Origin: an uncultured Candidatus Saccharibacteria bacterium
GTDB taxonomy: Bacteria > Patescibacteriota > Saccharimonadia > Saccharimonadales > Saccharimonadaceae
DNA: 64,000 nucleotides
Direction of reading: 5' to 3'
Assembly (NCBI GenBank): GCA_963529335.1
Contig: CAURZF010000002.1
Coordinates: forward strand, 38,339-102,338
Position 1 is the stretch's first letter. Every line of letters begins with the position of its first letter. Positions 44,088-53,515 of this stretch are shown here, in pieces. Below the pieces are notes generated by a model. The model was not told the origin of the DNA. It made no database searches and saw only the letters and a list, made by a program, of their open reading frames with translations. The translations under genes were made by a program, and so were the position numbers.

Positions 44088-45326
44088 TTAGTTCAGTGTA
44101 GCAAGCAACTCATCTGCCGTCAAGAGTCGTTGTTCGCCAGTCTGACGCGTTGACACCTCCCATTTACCATCATCAAGCAAGCGATCGCTGACCGTCACCC
44201 GATACGGAATGCCCAGCAGTTCGGCATCAGCAAATTTAACCCCTGGACGCTCGTCGCGATCGTCATAGATAGTTTCGACCCCCGCAGATTGCAACTTCTG
44301 ATAAAGTTCGTCAGCTGCAGAGCGCGACTGGCTGCCAATTTGCACCAGATACACTTTAGCTGGTGCAATGTTTTCCGGCCAAACCAGCCCCTTGTCATCA
44401 GCAAATTTCTCGACAATCACGCCCATCACCCGGGTGATACCGATACCGTAGCTGCCCATATAAGCGTACTGCTCTACACCCTCAGCGTCAGTAAAGACCA
44501 AGCGCATTTCCTCGGACTTTTGCGTACCGAAGTTAAAGATATTGCCAACCTCGGCAGTTTTGACCCGTTCTAGTTCGCTGCGATTAATGCCCAGCTCCTT
44601 GACGGCTTCATCCAAAACCTCTTCGTTCACAGCAATATTTTTGCCGCGGTGCAGATAAATATAATCCTCGCCAGCGTCACAAATCGTCTGAAATTCGTGG
44701 CTAAATTTAGTGAAAGCTCCGCCCGAGGCAAATGTTACGTATGTCTCATCGCCGATACCGAAGCGGTCGTAACAGCGTTTGTAAGCCTCGATCGCGGCGT
44801 TATAATACTTATCCAAGTCTTCTTTACTGGCATGTACCGAGTACATATCTTTCATAACGAACTCGCGGCCGCGCATAATACCGCTTTTGGCGCGCAGCTC
44901 GTTGCGCAGCTTATTCTGGAACTGATAAACGCTAATCGGCAAATCCTTATAGCTCTTTAGATAATTACGCAGTAAATCAACAATCGGCTCTTCGTGCGTC
45001 CAGCCGAAACCAACCTCAGTGCCGTCTTGCAGATGAGACTTAAACCAAACATCGACCAACTCGTCGCTCCAGCGCCCAGTCTCCTGCCACAAGTCCTTTC
45101 TCTGCAGCGTACTCATCACCAATTCTTGGCTATCAATTTTATTCATTTCTTCGCGGACAATTTGCTTGATATTCTCAACTACCTTTAGCCCCAGCGGCAA
45201 AAATGAATAAACGCCCGCCATCGTTTTATGCACGTAACCAGCACGAATCAGTAACTGGGCGTTACGCGCCACTTCGTCAGCTGGCGCCTGCTTGATAGTT
45301 CGAGTAAAATTCTTACTTAGTCTCAT
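44088..45326 (-). CDS. proS: Proline--tRNA ligase lacking the bacterial INS editing domain
   Basis: N-terminal LLIRAGYVHKTMAGVYSFLPLGLKV and class II motifs (RGREFVMKDMYS; GSYGIGITR). It has a C-terminal anticodon-binding domain. It is only 412 aa. Confidence 0.88.
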   Translation of the reverse strand: MRLSKNFTRTIKQAPADEVARNAQLLIRAGYVHKTMAGVYSFLPLGLKVVENIKQIVREEMNKIDSQELVMSTLQRKDLWQETGRWSDELVDVWFKSHLQDGTEVGFGWTHEEPIVDLLRNYLKSYKDLPISVYQFQNKLRNELRAKSGIMRGREFVMKDMYSVHASKEDLDKYYNAAIEAYKRCYDRFGIGDETYVTFASGGAFTKFSHEFQTICDAGEDYIYLHRGKNIAVNEEVLDEAVKELGINRSELERVKTAEVGNIFNFGTQKSEEMRLVFTDAEGVEQYAYMGSYGIGITRVMGVIVEKFADDKGLVWPENIAPAKVYLVQIGSQSRSAADELYQKLQSAGVETIYDDRDERPGVKFADAELLGIPYRVTVSDRLLDDGKWEVSTRQTGEQRLLTADELLATLN

Positions 45327-45365
45327 AATATCCTCATTTTACCGTGAATCACGCATATCAACAAA

Positions 45366-46121
45366 TTACCAAAACGCCGCCGCAACATAAACCGCATAAA
45401 AAGCCACGCTATTTTTGATTGCGTGCAGCAAAAAGCCAGACCAAATCGATCCAGTGTATTCGCGCAACGTACAAAGCACCAAACTCAGCGCAAACGTATC
45501 AATACCAACGTTCCACTGCCCGTGCGCCACCCCAAAAAGCAAACTGACAAAAAATACGTTAGCTGCTACTGGCAGCTTCGCCGAACGCAGTTTGCCATAC
45601 AGTATACCGCGAAAAATTAACTCCTCGCATAATGGCACCACTATAACTAGCACCACAAAAGCTATCGCCAAATCTAACGAAAATAGCCTATCTGATATCC
45701 CAACATCTTGAGCTTGGTTTGGGTTAAATCCTGGTATAATGGCTTGCGCAACAAATGATAAGCTCACTGTCAAAGCAATGTAAGCCACCGCGCCAACGAT
45801 TGCCATACCGATATCGCGCCACTCAATCAACCGCTGTACGCCAGCCTGTTTGGCTGATACTGCTTTTTTGATACGCCAAGCTACCGTGCAAACGGCGGCA
45901 ATTGTCAAGACATGAACAAAACATTGCAAAATTAGATTAATCACTGATACGTTAGCTTGTGCCAACCAACCTGTCCGCAATAGCAATCGCCCAACGCCAG
46001 CTACCGCATAAGCAGCCGCTACCATCGATATCGCCACCAGCAGCGTCCAGCCGATCCACGATAGTATCTGCCGCCGGGAAAAACGAAGCTTTTTTAGATT
46101 ACCCACCCGCCAGCGTTTCAT
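45366..46121 (-). CDS. CPBP-family intramembrane glutamic endopeptidase (CAAX protease-like)
   Basis: Motifs EELIFRG, FGVAHG and HAIKN within a polytopic membrane protein. Confidence 0.85.
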   Translation of the reverse strand: MKRWRVGNLKKLRFSRRQILSWIGWTLLVAISMVAAAYAVAGVGRLLLRTGWLAQANVSVINLILQCFVHVLTIAAVCTVAWRIKKAVSAKQAGVQRLIEWRDIGMAIVGAVAYIALTVSLSFVAQAIIPGFNPNQAQDVGISDRLFSLDLAIAFVVLVIVVPLCEELIFRGILYGKLRSAKLPVAANVFFVSLLFGVAHGQWNVGIDTFALSLVLCTLREYTGSIWSGFLLHAIKNSVAFYAVYVAAAFW

Positions 46122-47281
46122 TTGAATAGTTTCCCGACGTCAGAAATCGTTACTAATATTATCAATACTATCAAAACCAAGAAGCCAGTACCATGAATTT
46201 TCTCCTCGGTATCTTTGCGGAGCGGTTTCTTTATTAAGCGGAACAAAGCCGTCACAAACCACCGCCCGCCATCAAGCGCTGGAATTGGCAAGATATTCAT
46301 CACTGCCAGCGACAAAGCGATTAGTCCAGCAATCATCAAGACATAGCGGCCGCCAGCCTCGCCAGCCGCCGGAAACAACATGCCAAATATCGTTACCGGA
46401 CCGCCGACACTATTGCCAACTGTTGCTAATTTTTGATTAGCCTGCTGCTGCGCCTGATCGTTCGGCACGATTTTCATAACCAGCCCCGTCAAACCGTCAT
46501 AAACAACTTGCCCAAGCCCTTGAATAGTTACCCCGGTCAATTGAGTAGTTAGCCCTACGCCGACAATTGGCGCCGACCAAGTCGAATGCATCAAGACCTC
46601 TTGAGATAAACTGGCGCCCAGATAACCGCGCTTGTCATCATTGCTAGACCGCAATGCTACAGGCAGCACTGCCTCTCGACCGTTTCGCGAGTAGCGAATC
46701 TTGACTGTTTTGCCTTTGTCGCGAGCTAATCTCTTGGTCAGCTCATCTGGAGTTTTAATCTTATCGCCATCAACCGATAGAATATCGTCGCCAGTTTTTA
46801 ATCCGCTTTTTTGCGCCGGCAAGTCGTTCTCGACACCAGCTATCTTGACTTCTTTACCTGAAGTTGTCGTGTCGCTAGCCACGGTGAATTGATTAGCGAC
46901 AAGCGGCGGCATACCCCACCACGCCAAAATCGTAAATATCAACACCGCACTCAGCCAGTTCACTGCTACGCCAGCCAGCAAGATTTGTGTTTTTTGCCAA
47001 AATGTCGCTGCGCCGTAGTCGCCAGGCTGCTTATCATCGTCGTGCTCGCCTTGTAACTTAACGAAACCGCCTAGCGGCAGCCAGTTAACACTGTAATCAA
47101 CATTTTTGCCCAAAAAGCTTTTCTTGACCTTCTTCTTATAAGCTGCCGGCGGGAAGCCAATACCAAACTCCTCAACACGCACGCCGTAACGCCGCGCCAC
47201 CAAAGCATGGCCCAACTCGTGCGTCACCACTAAAATAGTCAACACAATTATACCGACAATGATGCCAAAAACTAAACTCAT
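46118..47281 (-). CDS. rseP: RIP (site-2) zinc metalloprotease RseP with PDZ domain
   Basis: HELGHALVAR in the first TM helix, a PDZ domain (GLKTGDDILSVDG), and the C-terminal LPIPALDGG motif. I moved the start to the ATG at 47279-47281 (MSLVFGII...), preceded by GGAGGGTGA. The longer ORF would overlap uppS. Confidence 0.9.
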   Translation of the reverse strand: MSLVFGIIVGIIVLTILVVTHELGHALVARRYGVRVEEFGIGFPPAAYKKKVKKSFLGKNVDYSVNWLPLGGFVKLQGEHDDDKQPGDYGAATFWQKTQILLAGVAVNWLSAVLIFTILAWWGMPPLVANQFTVASDTTTSGKEVKIAGVENDLPAQKSGLKTGDDILSVDGDKIKTPDELTKRLARDKGKTVKIRYSRNGREAVLPVALRSSNDDKRGYLGASLSQEVLMHSTWSAPIVGVGLTTQLTGVTIQGLGQVVYDGLTGLVMKIVPNDQAQQQANQKLATVGNSVGGPVTIFGMLFPAAGEAGGRYVLMIAGLIALSLAVMNILPIPALDGGRWFVTALFRLIKKPLRKDTEEKIHGTGFLVLIVLIILVTISDVGKLFK

Positions 47282-47282
47282 T

Positions 47283-47975
47283 TCACCCTCCAAACCGCCG
47301 CGAACGTTTCGCGTACTCATTTAGTATAGCGGTTATGTCGCGTTTTGTCATATTTGGCCACGATTTTTTAACAAAAATTAGCTCGCTATAAGCACTGCGC
47401 CACAGCATAAAATTGCTTAGCCGCTGTTCGCCGCTGGTGCGCACTATCAAGTCGCATGGCGGCACATCTGGCGTATACAAAAATTGCTCAAAGATTTGCG
47501 CTGTTACTTTTTTGTGTGTTGAAAGCGTTTTGCGCAAGGTGTTGACTGCATCTATAATTTCCTGGTGCCCGCCATAGTTAAACGACAAAATTGCCGTGCC
47601 GTGCGTCAAATCTTTGGTGGCCGCTTCGGCCTCGTCAATCGCTTTTTTGACTCGGCGGCTGAGGCGCACACGCGTCCCCGCCACCCTTAGCCGTATACCG
47701 TGTTCAACGAAAATATGCAAATCGCGCGTCAACATTTGCACCACCAAATCCATCAGATGCTTAATCTCTGGGCCGCTACGATGCCAGTTCTCAGTACTAA
47801 AAATATACGCGCTAACATACGGCACGCCGCGATCGATAGTGTCGATGATAATTTCGCGCAACTTTTCATAGCCAGCGCTATGCCCTTCTTGCGCTGATAG
47901 ACCCTGAGCTTTTGCCCAGCGGCGATTACCGTCGACAATGAAGCCGACGTGAGTTGGCAACACCTTTTCACTCAT
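47283..47975 (-). CDS. uppS: Isoprenyl transferase (undecaprenyl diphosphate synthase)
   Basis: HVGFIVDGNRRWA and RTSGEQRLSNFMLWRSAYSEL. The ATG at 47973-47975 shares one base with the frr stop (TGATG). Confidence 0.92.
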   Translation of the reverse strand: MSEKVLPTHVGFIVDGNRRWAKAQGLSAQEGHSAGYEKLREIIIDTIDRGVPYVSAYIFSTENWHRSGPEIKHLMDLVVQMLTRDLHIFVEHGIRLRVAGTRVRLSRRVKKAIDEAEAATKDLTHGTAILSFNYGGHQEIIDAVNTLRKTLSTHKKVTAQIFEQFLYTPDVPPCDLIVRTSGEQRLSNFMLWRSAYSELIFVKKSWPNMTKRDITAILNEYAKRSRRFGG

Positions 47976-48529
47976 CAGATTGTTAAGATATCCTTTTCTT
48001 TGTCCTTGAAAGCACTCTCTAGTTTGCACTGGAATTCATTCATCAAGCGGTCAAATTCTTTTTCGATCATTTTAAGATCGTCCTCGCTCAGCTCTTTAGC
48101 TTCCTTCATTTTTTTGGCGTCCTTGATACCGTCTTGGCGAATGTTGCGCAAAGCGATTCGCGCTTCTTCTAATTTTTCTGACGCTTGACGAACCAGCTGC
48201 TTGCGGCGCTCCTCAGTCAAGGCTGGTACTGGCACGCGCACTACCCGGCCATCGTCGCTCGGATTAAAACCAAGGCTCTGATCATTGCGAATCGCCGCCG
48301 CGATATTTTGCAAATTACTCGGATCAAAGGGTGTCACCAGCAACATTTGCGCCTCGGGAGCTGTCACGTTGGCCACCTGATTGAGTGGCATGCTAGCACC
48401 GTAAGCTTCAACCATCACACCCGCTAACATACCTGGATGCGCCCGGCCAGTGCGAATCTTGCGCAGCTCCTCGCCAAAGTGCTCAAATGCGCCTGTCATT
48501 TTTGCTTCATATTCATCTGTACTAAACAT
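47975..48529 (-). CDS. frr: Ribosome recycling factor
   Basis: 184 aa following the RRF pattern (RTGRAHPGMLAGVMVEAYG ... LTEERRKQLVRQA...). Confidence 0.95.
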   Translation of the reverse strand: MFSTDEYEAKMTGAFEHFGEELRKIRTGRAHPGMLAGVMVEAYGASMPLNQVANVTAPEAQMLLVTPFDPSNLQNIAAAIRNDQSLGFNPSDDGRVVRVPVPALTEERRKQLVRQASEKLEEARIALRNIRQDGIKDAKKMKEAKELSEDDLKMIEKEFDRLMNEFQCKLESAFKDKEKDILTI

Positions 48530-48562
48530 ATATTCTCCTTTACTTTATTGTACCATTAAACG

Positions 48563-49273
48563 CTAATTTATCTGCGCCACTCCTAGCAAACTAGCCCGCC
48601 GGTCAAATCCCCGGCGCAAACGATACGCCTGGCGAAAATCCGGCGAGCCATCGACTTCTTGATAGGCACTTTCATCAAAAATCAACCACACGTCTAGCGG
48701 ATAGTGCGGCCGTTCGGCTACCCGTGGCATCACTGTATGATACAAGCGGAAAAACGCATCAGTCGTGTGATATGGCATATATGGCACGAATGCTCGCCCC
48801 AAAACCTCCGGCTCGCTGCCATCCCGGTTTAGCGGCAAGCCGCCAGTCTCGCGAATACGTTTAATAAACGCCGCCCGCCCTGCCTCGTTAGTAAATTTGC
48901 GTGATTGCAGCCCGCAAACAATAATTTCTTGATACATGAAACGATGCAAAAACACTATATCCACATAGCGCGAAATCTCGTAAGTCTTGGTGCGATTCGG
49001 CCCCATACCAACGAAAGGATTGTCGGCAAAATCATATCTATAAGCTGGAATATCAATATGAATAATTCCGCCCGTATCTTCGCTTAGCTGGTCTCGCAAA
49101 GCAATCAGCTGATCGTCGAGATCCTTGCTATCAATCCGCTCGTGGTCTTGAAAAACTTCGCTTTCTGGCCGCAAATCAATATCATCCAGCTCTCTCGCAC
49201 GCTCTCGCTCGCCGCCGCTTGGCTTTTCGCGGTTACTATAAAAGTCAAAACCTCCAGATTCAAAATTCCGCAT
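48563..49273 (-). CDS. Hypothetical protein occupying the position where pyrH normally sits
   Basis: 236-aa ORF between tsf and frr. It has no P-loop and no amino-acid-kinase motifs. It has an acidic N-terminal 60 aa followed by a globular region I cannot assign. Confidence 0.7.
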   Translation of the reverse strand: MRNFESGGFDFYSNREKPSGGERERARELDDIDLRPESEVFQDHERIDSKDLDDQLIALRDQLSEDTGGIIHIDIPAYRYDFADNPFVGMGPNRTKTYEISRYVDIVFLHRFMYQEIIVCGLQSRKFTNEAGRAAFIKRIRETGGLPLNRDGSEPEVLGRAFVPYMPYHTTDAFFRLYHTVMPRVAERPHYPLDVWLIFDESAYQEVDGSPDFRQAYRLRRGFDRRASLLGVAQIN

Positions 49274-49362
49274 CTACATTCCGCCGTTGATTGCTCATGC
49301 TTTTATCATACCAAAATAACCGCCATATTTCAGCGGTTATATTGGCTGTATAAGACGTAGGC

Positions 49363-49956
49363 TTATTCGCCGCCAAGCTCGATACGCTTGAACTGGCTAA
49401 CACGCACATTTTCACCGCGCAGCGCTACTTGCTCTTTGATCAGCTCGCCGACGGTTTTGCTATCATCAAGTACGAAAGCTTGCTCAGACAGGACTTGTTC
49501 GGCAAAATATTTTTTGAGTTGTCCTTCGACAATTTGCTCGCGCATATTCTCTGGCTTATCTTGCAAACTGTCGCTTGCCAAAAACTCCTGCTTTTTCGCT
49601 TCGTAAACGTCGCTCGGAATATCCTCGACCGTTGCATATTTTGGCGCCATCGCTGCGATCTGCATAGCAATTTGGTGCGCAAACTCCTTGAATTCTGGCA
49701 AGCGCGCCACGAAATCAGTTTCGCAGTTAACCTCGACAACCACGCCGATACGGCCCGAGTGCACGTAACTCTCAATCAGACCTTCGCGCGTCTCGCGGTC
49801 GCCTTTTTTCTCGGCCTTGGTCAGGCCTTTCTTACGCAGTGCCTCGAGAGCTTTATCGAAATCGCCCTCGGCTTCAACTAGCGCCTTCTTAGCATCGGTC
49901 AGGCCAATACCGCTTAATTCTTTCAGCTTTTTAATGTCTTCAATTGATACGCCCAT
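49363..49956 (-). CDS. tsf: Elongation factor Ts (short form)
   Basis: N-terminal UBA-like IKKLKELSGIGLTDAKKALVEAEGDFDKALEALRKKG and core HSGRIGVVVEVNCETDFVAR. Confidence 0.92.
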   Translation of the reverse strand: MGVSIEDIKKLKELSGIGLTDAKKALVEAEGDFDKALEALRKKGLTKAEKKGDRETREGLIESYVHSGRIGVVVEVNCETDFVARLPEFKEFAHQIAMQIAAMAPKYATVEDIPSDVYEAKKQEFLASDSLQDKPENMREQIVEGQLKKYFAEQVLSEQAFVLDDSKTVGELIKEQVALRGENVRVSQFKRIELGGE

Positions 49957-49957
49957 C

Positions 49958-50662
49958 CTATTTCTCCTCTTTTTTAGTCTTGCCTTCGTTCACTGCTGCT
50001 ACAAAGTAATCTAGCAACAATTGCAAACCTTTAATCGCATCGTCGTTGCCTGGTATTGGATATTCAACTTTGCTCGGGTCGGCATTAGTATCAGCAATTG
50101 CCACCACTGGGATTCCGAGATTTTCTGCTTCAGCAATAGCATTTTTATCAACCAGCATATCGAGTACGATTAAAGCGCCAGGCTTGCCATTCAATTCTTT
50201 GATACCGCCGTATTTGAAGTTCAAACTATCGATTTCTTCTTGGTAGCGCTGAACTTCTAGCTTATTGTAGCGCTTCTCGAGATCGCCGTTGTCCATGCGG
50301 CGCTCGAGGTCGCGCAGCTTTTTGATTTGCGCGTTAGTAGTGGTGACATTAGTTAGCATGCCGCCGATCCAACGATTCACCACAAATGGCTGGCCAGCCG
50401 ACTCGGCAGCCGCTTTAACGATATCTTTGGCCTGCTTTTTGGTGCCAACAAACAAAACTTTTTTGCCGCTCGCTACCGTCTTGGTGATAAACGGTAAAGC
50501 TTTGTCTAGCGCCTCAACTGTCTTCGCTAAATCAATAATATGGCTATCCTGGCGTTTTGAGTGAATATACGGCGCCATCTTTGGGTGCCAGCGGCTAGTT
50601 TTGTGTCCAAAATGAACACCAGCTTCAAACAAAGCTTTCATGTCTACTTCTACAGACATCAT
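49958..50662 (-). CDS. rpsB: 30S ribosomal protein S2
   Basis: LFEAGVHFGHKTSRWHPKM and FVGTKKQA...WIGGMLTN. An AAAGGAG SD is present, and TTGTGA, 17 nt, TATAGT lies about 75 nt upstream. Confidence 0.95.
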   Translation of the reverse strand: MMSVEVDMKALFEAGVHFGHKTSRWHPKMAPYIHSKRQDSHIIDLAKTVEALDKALPFITKTVASGKKVLFVGTKKQAKDIVKAAAESAGQPFVVNRWIGGMLTNVTTTNAQIKKLRDLERRMDNGDLEKRYNKLEVQRYQEEIDSLNFKYGGIKELNGKPGALIVLDMLVDKNAIAEAENLGIPVVAIADTNADPSKVEYPIPGNDDAIKGLQLLLDYFVAAVNEGKTKKEEK

Positions 50663-50789
50663 TACTCCTTTTCCTCGCCCGCTGCTTTTGGAGCTGCAAC
50701 AGGCTGTGTCGTTAAAATTATTACCACACTACTATAGCACTATTACACCAAAATCACAAGCTATCGTATCTATAAAGTTTTATTGAGCA

Positions 50790-52424
50790 TCAATATTCCA
50801 TAGCACTCCATCCTATTTTTTTATCTCTATGTTCTTTTACGGCTGTCAAGTCTAGCGCTGGTAGCGCTCCAGCAAAGACCATAGTCCTGAGCGAATCAAT
50901 ATTCGATACGTTGTCTGGAATGCTCCATCCCATTCTAGATCCAAGAAAACCCGACGCTGGAGCTATTGGACCGCTCCATTCATCTTCACTACAAAATCCT
51001 GCTCTCATGCTTTCCATCGCCATTTCTTGTGATTCCATATGCGATCTGCCTGGACAACCAAGTCTGTACGACAATTGCGCAATCTGCCGATCAAACGATG
51101 TATCAGATGTGTAGTTCTGTCCTATTTCCGTAAAAGATTTTGCACCCAACTGCTTCTCTACAATCCGAAGCGCAACTTCTCGCAAGGTTGACGACGGATG
51201 TTCATCGTTAAATTTTACGCCGAAAGCTTCAGCAACTTGCTCAATAAACTTCTCTTGTTCGCTTGTATAACTGTCTGTTGAAAGATATTTAACACCAGTC
51301 TCATCTTCTTCAATAACCTGTCCTTGATCAGATAACATTTCTTTCGGTTCTACGACTAAAGCTCCTGGCAAAACTAAACTGTCCCCTGGACTCCTTGTAA
51401 AATACGTATCGGCACTAGCCATAGCAGCGGGAATACCATTACTAGAAATCACTCTTTGCATATTGGCAACAATTAGCCTATTTGTATCACTCCATGATCC
51501 GTATGCATGCGAAGACACTTGTCCGTTGGGAGTAAAATGAATACTTGAGCGCATACTACGGGATTCATGACGCGAGGCTGGGTACAAGCACACATCACCA
51601 TCGCTGTTGCGCTGAACTTCATATCTTGTAGAATGAACCAGGGTAACGTCTTTTGGCTCTATCTCAGACAGCCCTGCTTCTTCCATCCTGCGCGCCTGTA
51701 TCGCAGCTTCTGTATCGCATTCGTATCGAATTATTTCCTGTCTCTGCTTTATCGTTTCTCGCATTACATCAAGCCTACTAGATACTAATGACGCCGCGTC
51801 CTCATCACCGCAAATCGCAGCTAGTACAATTGCGTAACCATTCTCGTCAACCCGATCTGTTAACGTATTTCCTCTATCATCGAACATTGTGCAAGCGATA
51901 ATTTTGTCAGTGAATTCTTTTACCTCGTCTCCATACGGACCGCCATTTTTAATATCTTCAAGAATTGTGTCAATCTCAGCCGAACCGCCTGTTAGTTTTT
52001 TCGCCAATGTCAAGATACCTTCTGGATTGTTCGTTGCAACGAGAATTTCAGATTCACGACTTTTAAGCATACTATTAATAAGCTCACGTTTCTCATTCGC
52101 TACACTACTACTATCACTTGGATTATTATATATATCGTCAGTAAAACATGCGCTATGAATACAAGGAACTTCTCCTGCGGAACGAAATGCTATTGTCTGA
52201 CCAAGGACAGTATAGATTGGTCGGGAGCTATCAGGTAAATATCTTCGCTCTATATTCTGTACGACTCTGTTTTCATCTATATTATTTATATTTCCTGAAG
52301 TATCTGTGCTATCATATTCCGAAGCTTCACTAGGTTGACTATATGACGACACTATTTCGCCAGTATCTTCATGACCTGGTATTTTACCTTTGCTATACAG
52401 TTCCTTCATAATATATGAATACAC
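50790..52424 (-). CDS. Large orphan hypothetical protein, visibly AT-richer than its neighbours
   Basis: 544-aa ORF (GTG at 52424, or ATG at 52409). It has its own TTGACT, 18 nt, TATAAT promoter with a leader, unlike the local leaderless genes. It has no signal peptide, TM helix or motif I can name. Confidence 0.7.
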   Translation of the reverse strand: MYSYIMKELYSKGKIPGHEDTGEIVSSYSQPSEASEYDSTDTSGNINNIDENRVVQNIERRYLPDSSRPIYTVLGQTIAFRSAGEVPCIHSACFTDDIYNNPSDSSSVANEKRELINSMLKSRESEILVATNNPEGILTLAKKLTGGSAEIDTILEDIKNGGPYGDEVKEFTDKIIACTMFDDRGNTLTDRVDENGYAIVLAAICGDEDAASLVSSRLDVMRETIKQRQEIIRYECDTEAAIQARRMEEAGLSEIEPKDVTLVHSTRYEVQRNSDGDVCLYPASRHESRSMRSSIHFTPNGQVSSHAYGSWSDTNRLIVANMQRVISSNGIPAAMASADTYFTRSPGDSLVLPGALVVEPKEMLSDQGQVIEEDETGVKYLSTDSYTSEQEKFIEQVAEAFGVKFNDEHPSSTLREVALRIVEKQLGAKSFTEIGQNYTSDTSFDRQIAQLSYRLGCPGRSHMESQEMAMESMRAGFCSEDEWSGPIAPASGFLGSRMGWSIPDNVSNIDSLRTMVFAGALPALDLTAVKEHRDKKIGWSAMEY

Positions 52425-52571
52425 CCTTTTTGTTTTTTCGTATTTACTTTAGTATGGCAATTATAGTAAATAACATCACTTATAGTCAAACTTTATTATC
52501 ATCACTCGTCATATCTTGAATAATCTTGTAACATTTTTGCTAATATTCACCTTTTTTGTTATGCTTACATC

Positions 52572-53018
52572 ATGAAAGAACGTTTTCGCAAGATTTCGTC
52601 GCGCGCCTCAACGCTAGCTGGTTCGGCTGGCGTATTTATCTTAGCAGCCGCTTCGATAGCCGTCTGGTTTATCACCGGGCCGATCTTCAATTTCTCTGAT
52701 ACCTGGCAGCTAGTCATTAACACTGGTACGACAATTGTTACTTTTTTGATGGTTTTCTTGATCCAAAATACCCAAAACCGCGATAGTCGTGCTATTCAGC
52801 TTAAGCTTGATGAACTAATCCGCTCCACCAAGGGCGCCCGCATGCGCTATGTTGGATTAGAAGACTTCAGCGACGAAGATTTAGCCGACATCGAGGAAGA
52901 AATTCGCGCTATTACCCAGCTGCCGGCCTCGCAGCGCGCGCTGCGCAAACTTCACGACAAAATCAGCAGCGAGAAGGAACGTCGTAGCAACGAAAAGCGC
53001 CGCAAAACTCATTTTTGA
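52572..53018 (+). CDS. Low-affinity iron permease family (Fet4-like, PF04120-type) small membrane protein
   Basis: Two TM helices with the conserved FSDTWQLVINTGTTIVTFLMVFLIQNTQNRDSRAIQLKLDELIR block. TGtTATGCT lies 6 nt before the ATG. Confidence 0.75.
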   Translation: MKERFRKISSRASTLAGSAGVFILAAASIAVWFITGPIFNFSDTWQLVINTGTTIVTFLMVFLIQNTQNRDSRAIQLKLDELIRSTKGARMRYVGLEDFSDEDLADIEEEIRAITQLPASQRALRKLHDKISSEKERRSNEKRRKTHF

Positions 53019-53052
53019 CAGACAGATAGATTTTTGTTAAAATACTACAGTT

Positions 53053-53457
53053 ATGAAAAGCAGTATTCACCCACAGGACTATCGCCTGGTCGTATTTAGC
53101 GACGAACAAGCAGGCTTCGCGTTCTTGACTCGCTCAACAGCGCAATCTACCGAAACAATCAGGTGGAAAGACGGCCAGACTTACCCGTTGGTCAAAGTCC
53201 ACATTTCAAGTAAATCGCATCCTTTCTTCACTGGCGAAGAAAAGATCATCGACACCGAAGGCCGCGTTGACCGCTTCAAGGCCCGCCAAGCCGCCGCGAA
53301 GGCCCGCCGTGAAGCTCTCGTCAACAAAGCAAAAAAGGCTAACGCCGCCGCTGCCGCCAAGGCTCAGCAAGCTGCCGATGACAAAACCAGCGACAACAAC
53401 GCTAAACCAGCCAAAACCTCCAAAAAAGCTAAGAAACAGGTCAACAAGAAAAACTAG
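53053..53457 (+). CDS. rpmE2: 50S ribosomal protein L31 type B with Lys/Ala-rich C-terminal extension
   Basis: [11 protein letters not shown] ... [24 protein letters not shown]. It has no CxxC zinc motif, so it is type B. About 50 extra basic, Ala-rich residues sit at the C-terminus. Confidence 0.88.
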   Translation: MKSSIHPQDYRLVVFSDEQAGFAFLTRSTAQSTETIRWKDGQTYPLVKVHISSKSHPFFTGEEKIIDTEGRVDRFKARQAAAKARREALVNKAKKANAAAAAKAQQAADDKTSDNNAKPAKTSKKAKKQVNKKN

Positions 53458-53476
53458 ACGCCATCAATCGCATAAT

Positions 53477-53515
53477 AAAACATCGCTGCTATCTGTCAGC
53501 GATGTTTTATTTTTC
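53477..53515. terminator. Bidirectional intrinsic terminator
   Basis: AAAACATCGCTG-8 nt-CAGCGATGTTTT is followed by ATTTTT. It overlaps the stop codon of the convergent gene. Confidence 0.78.
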
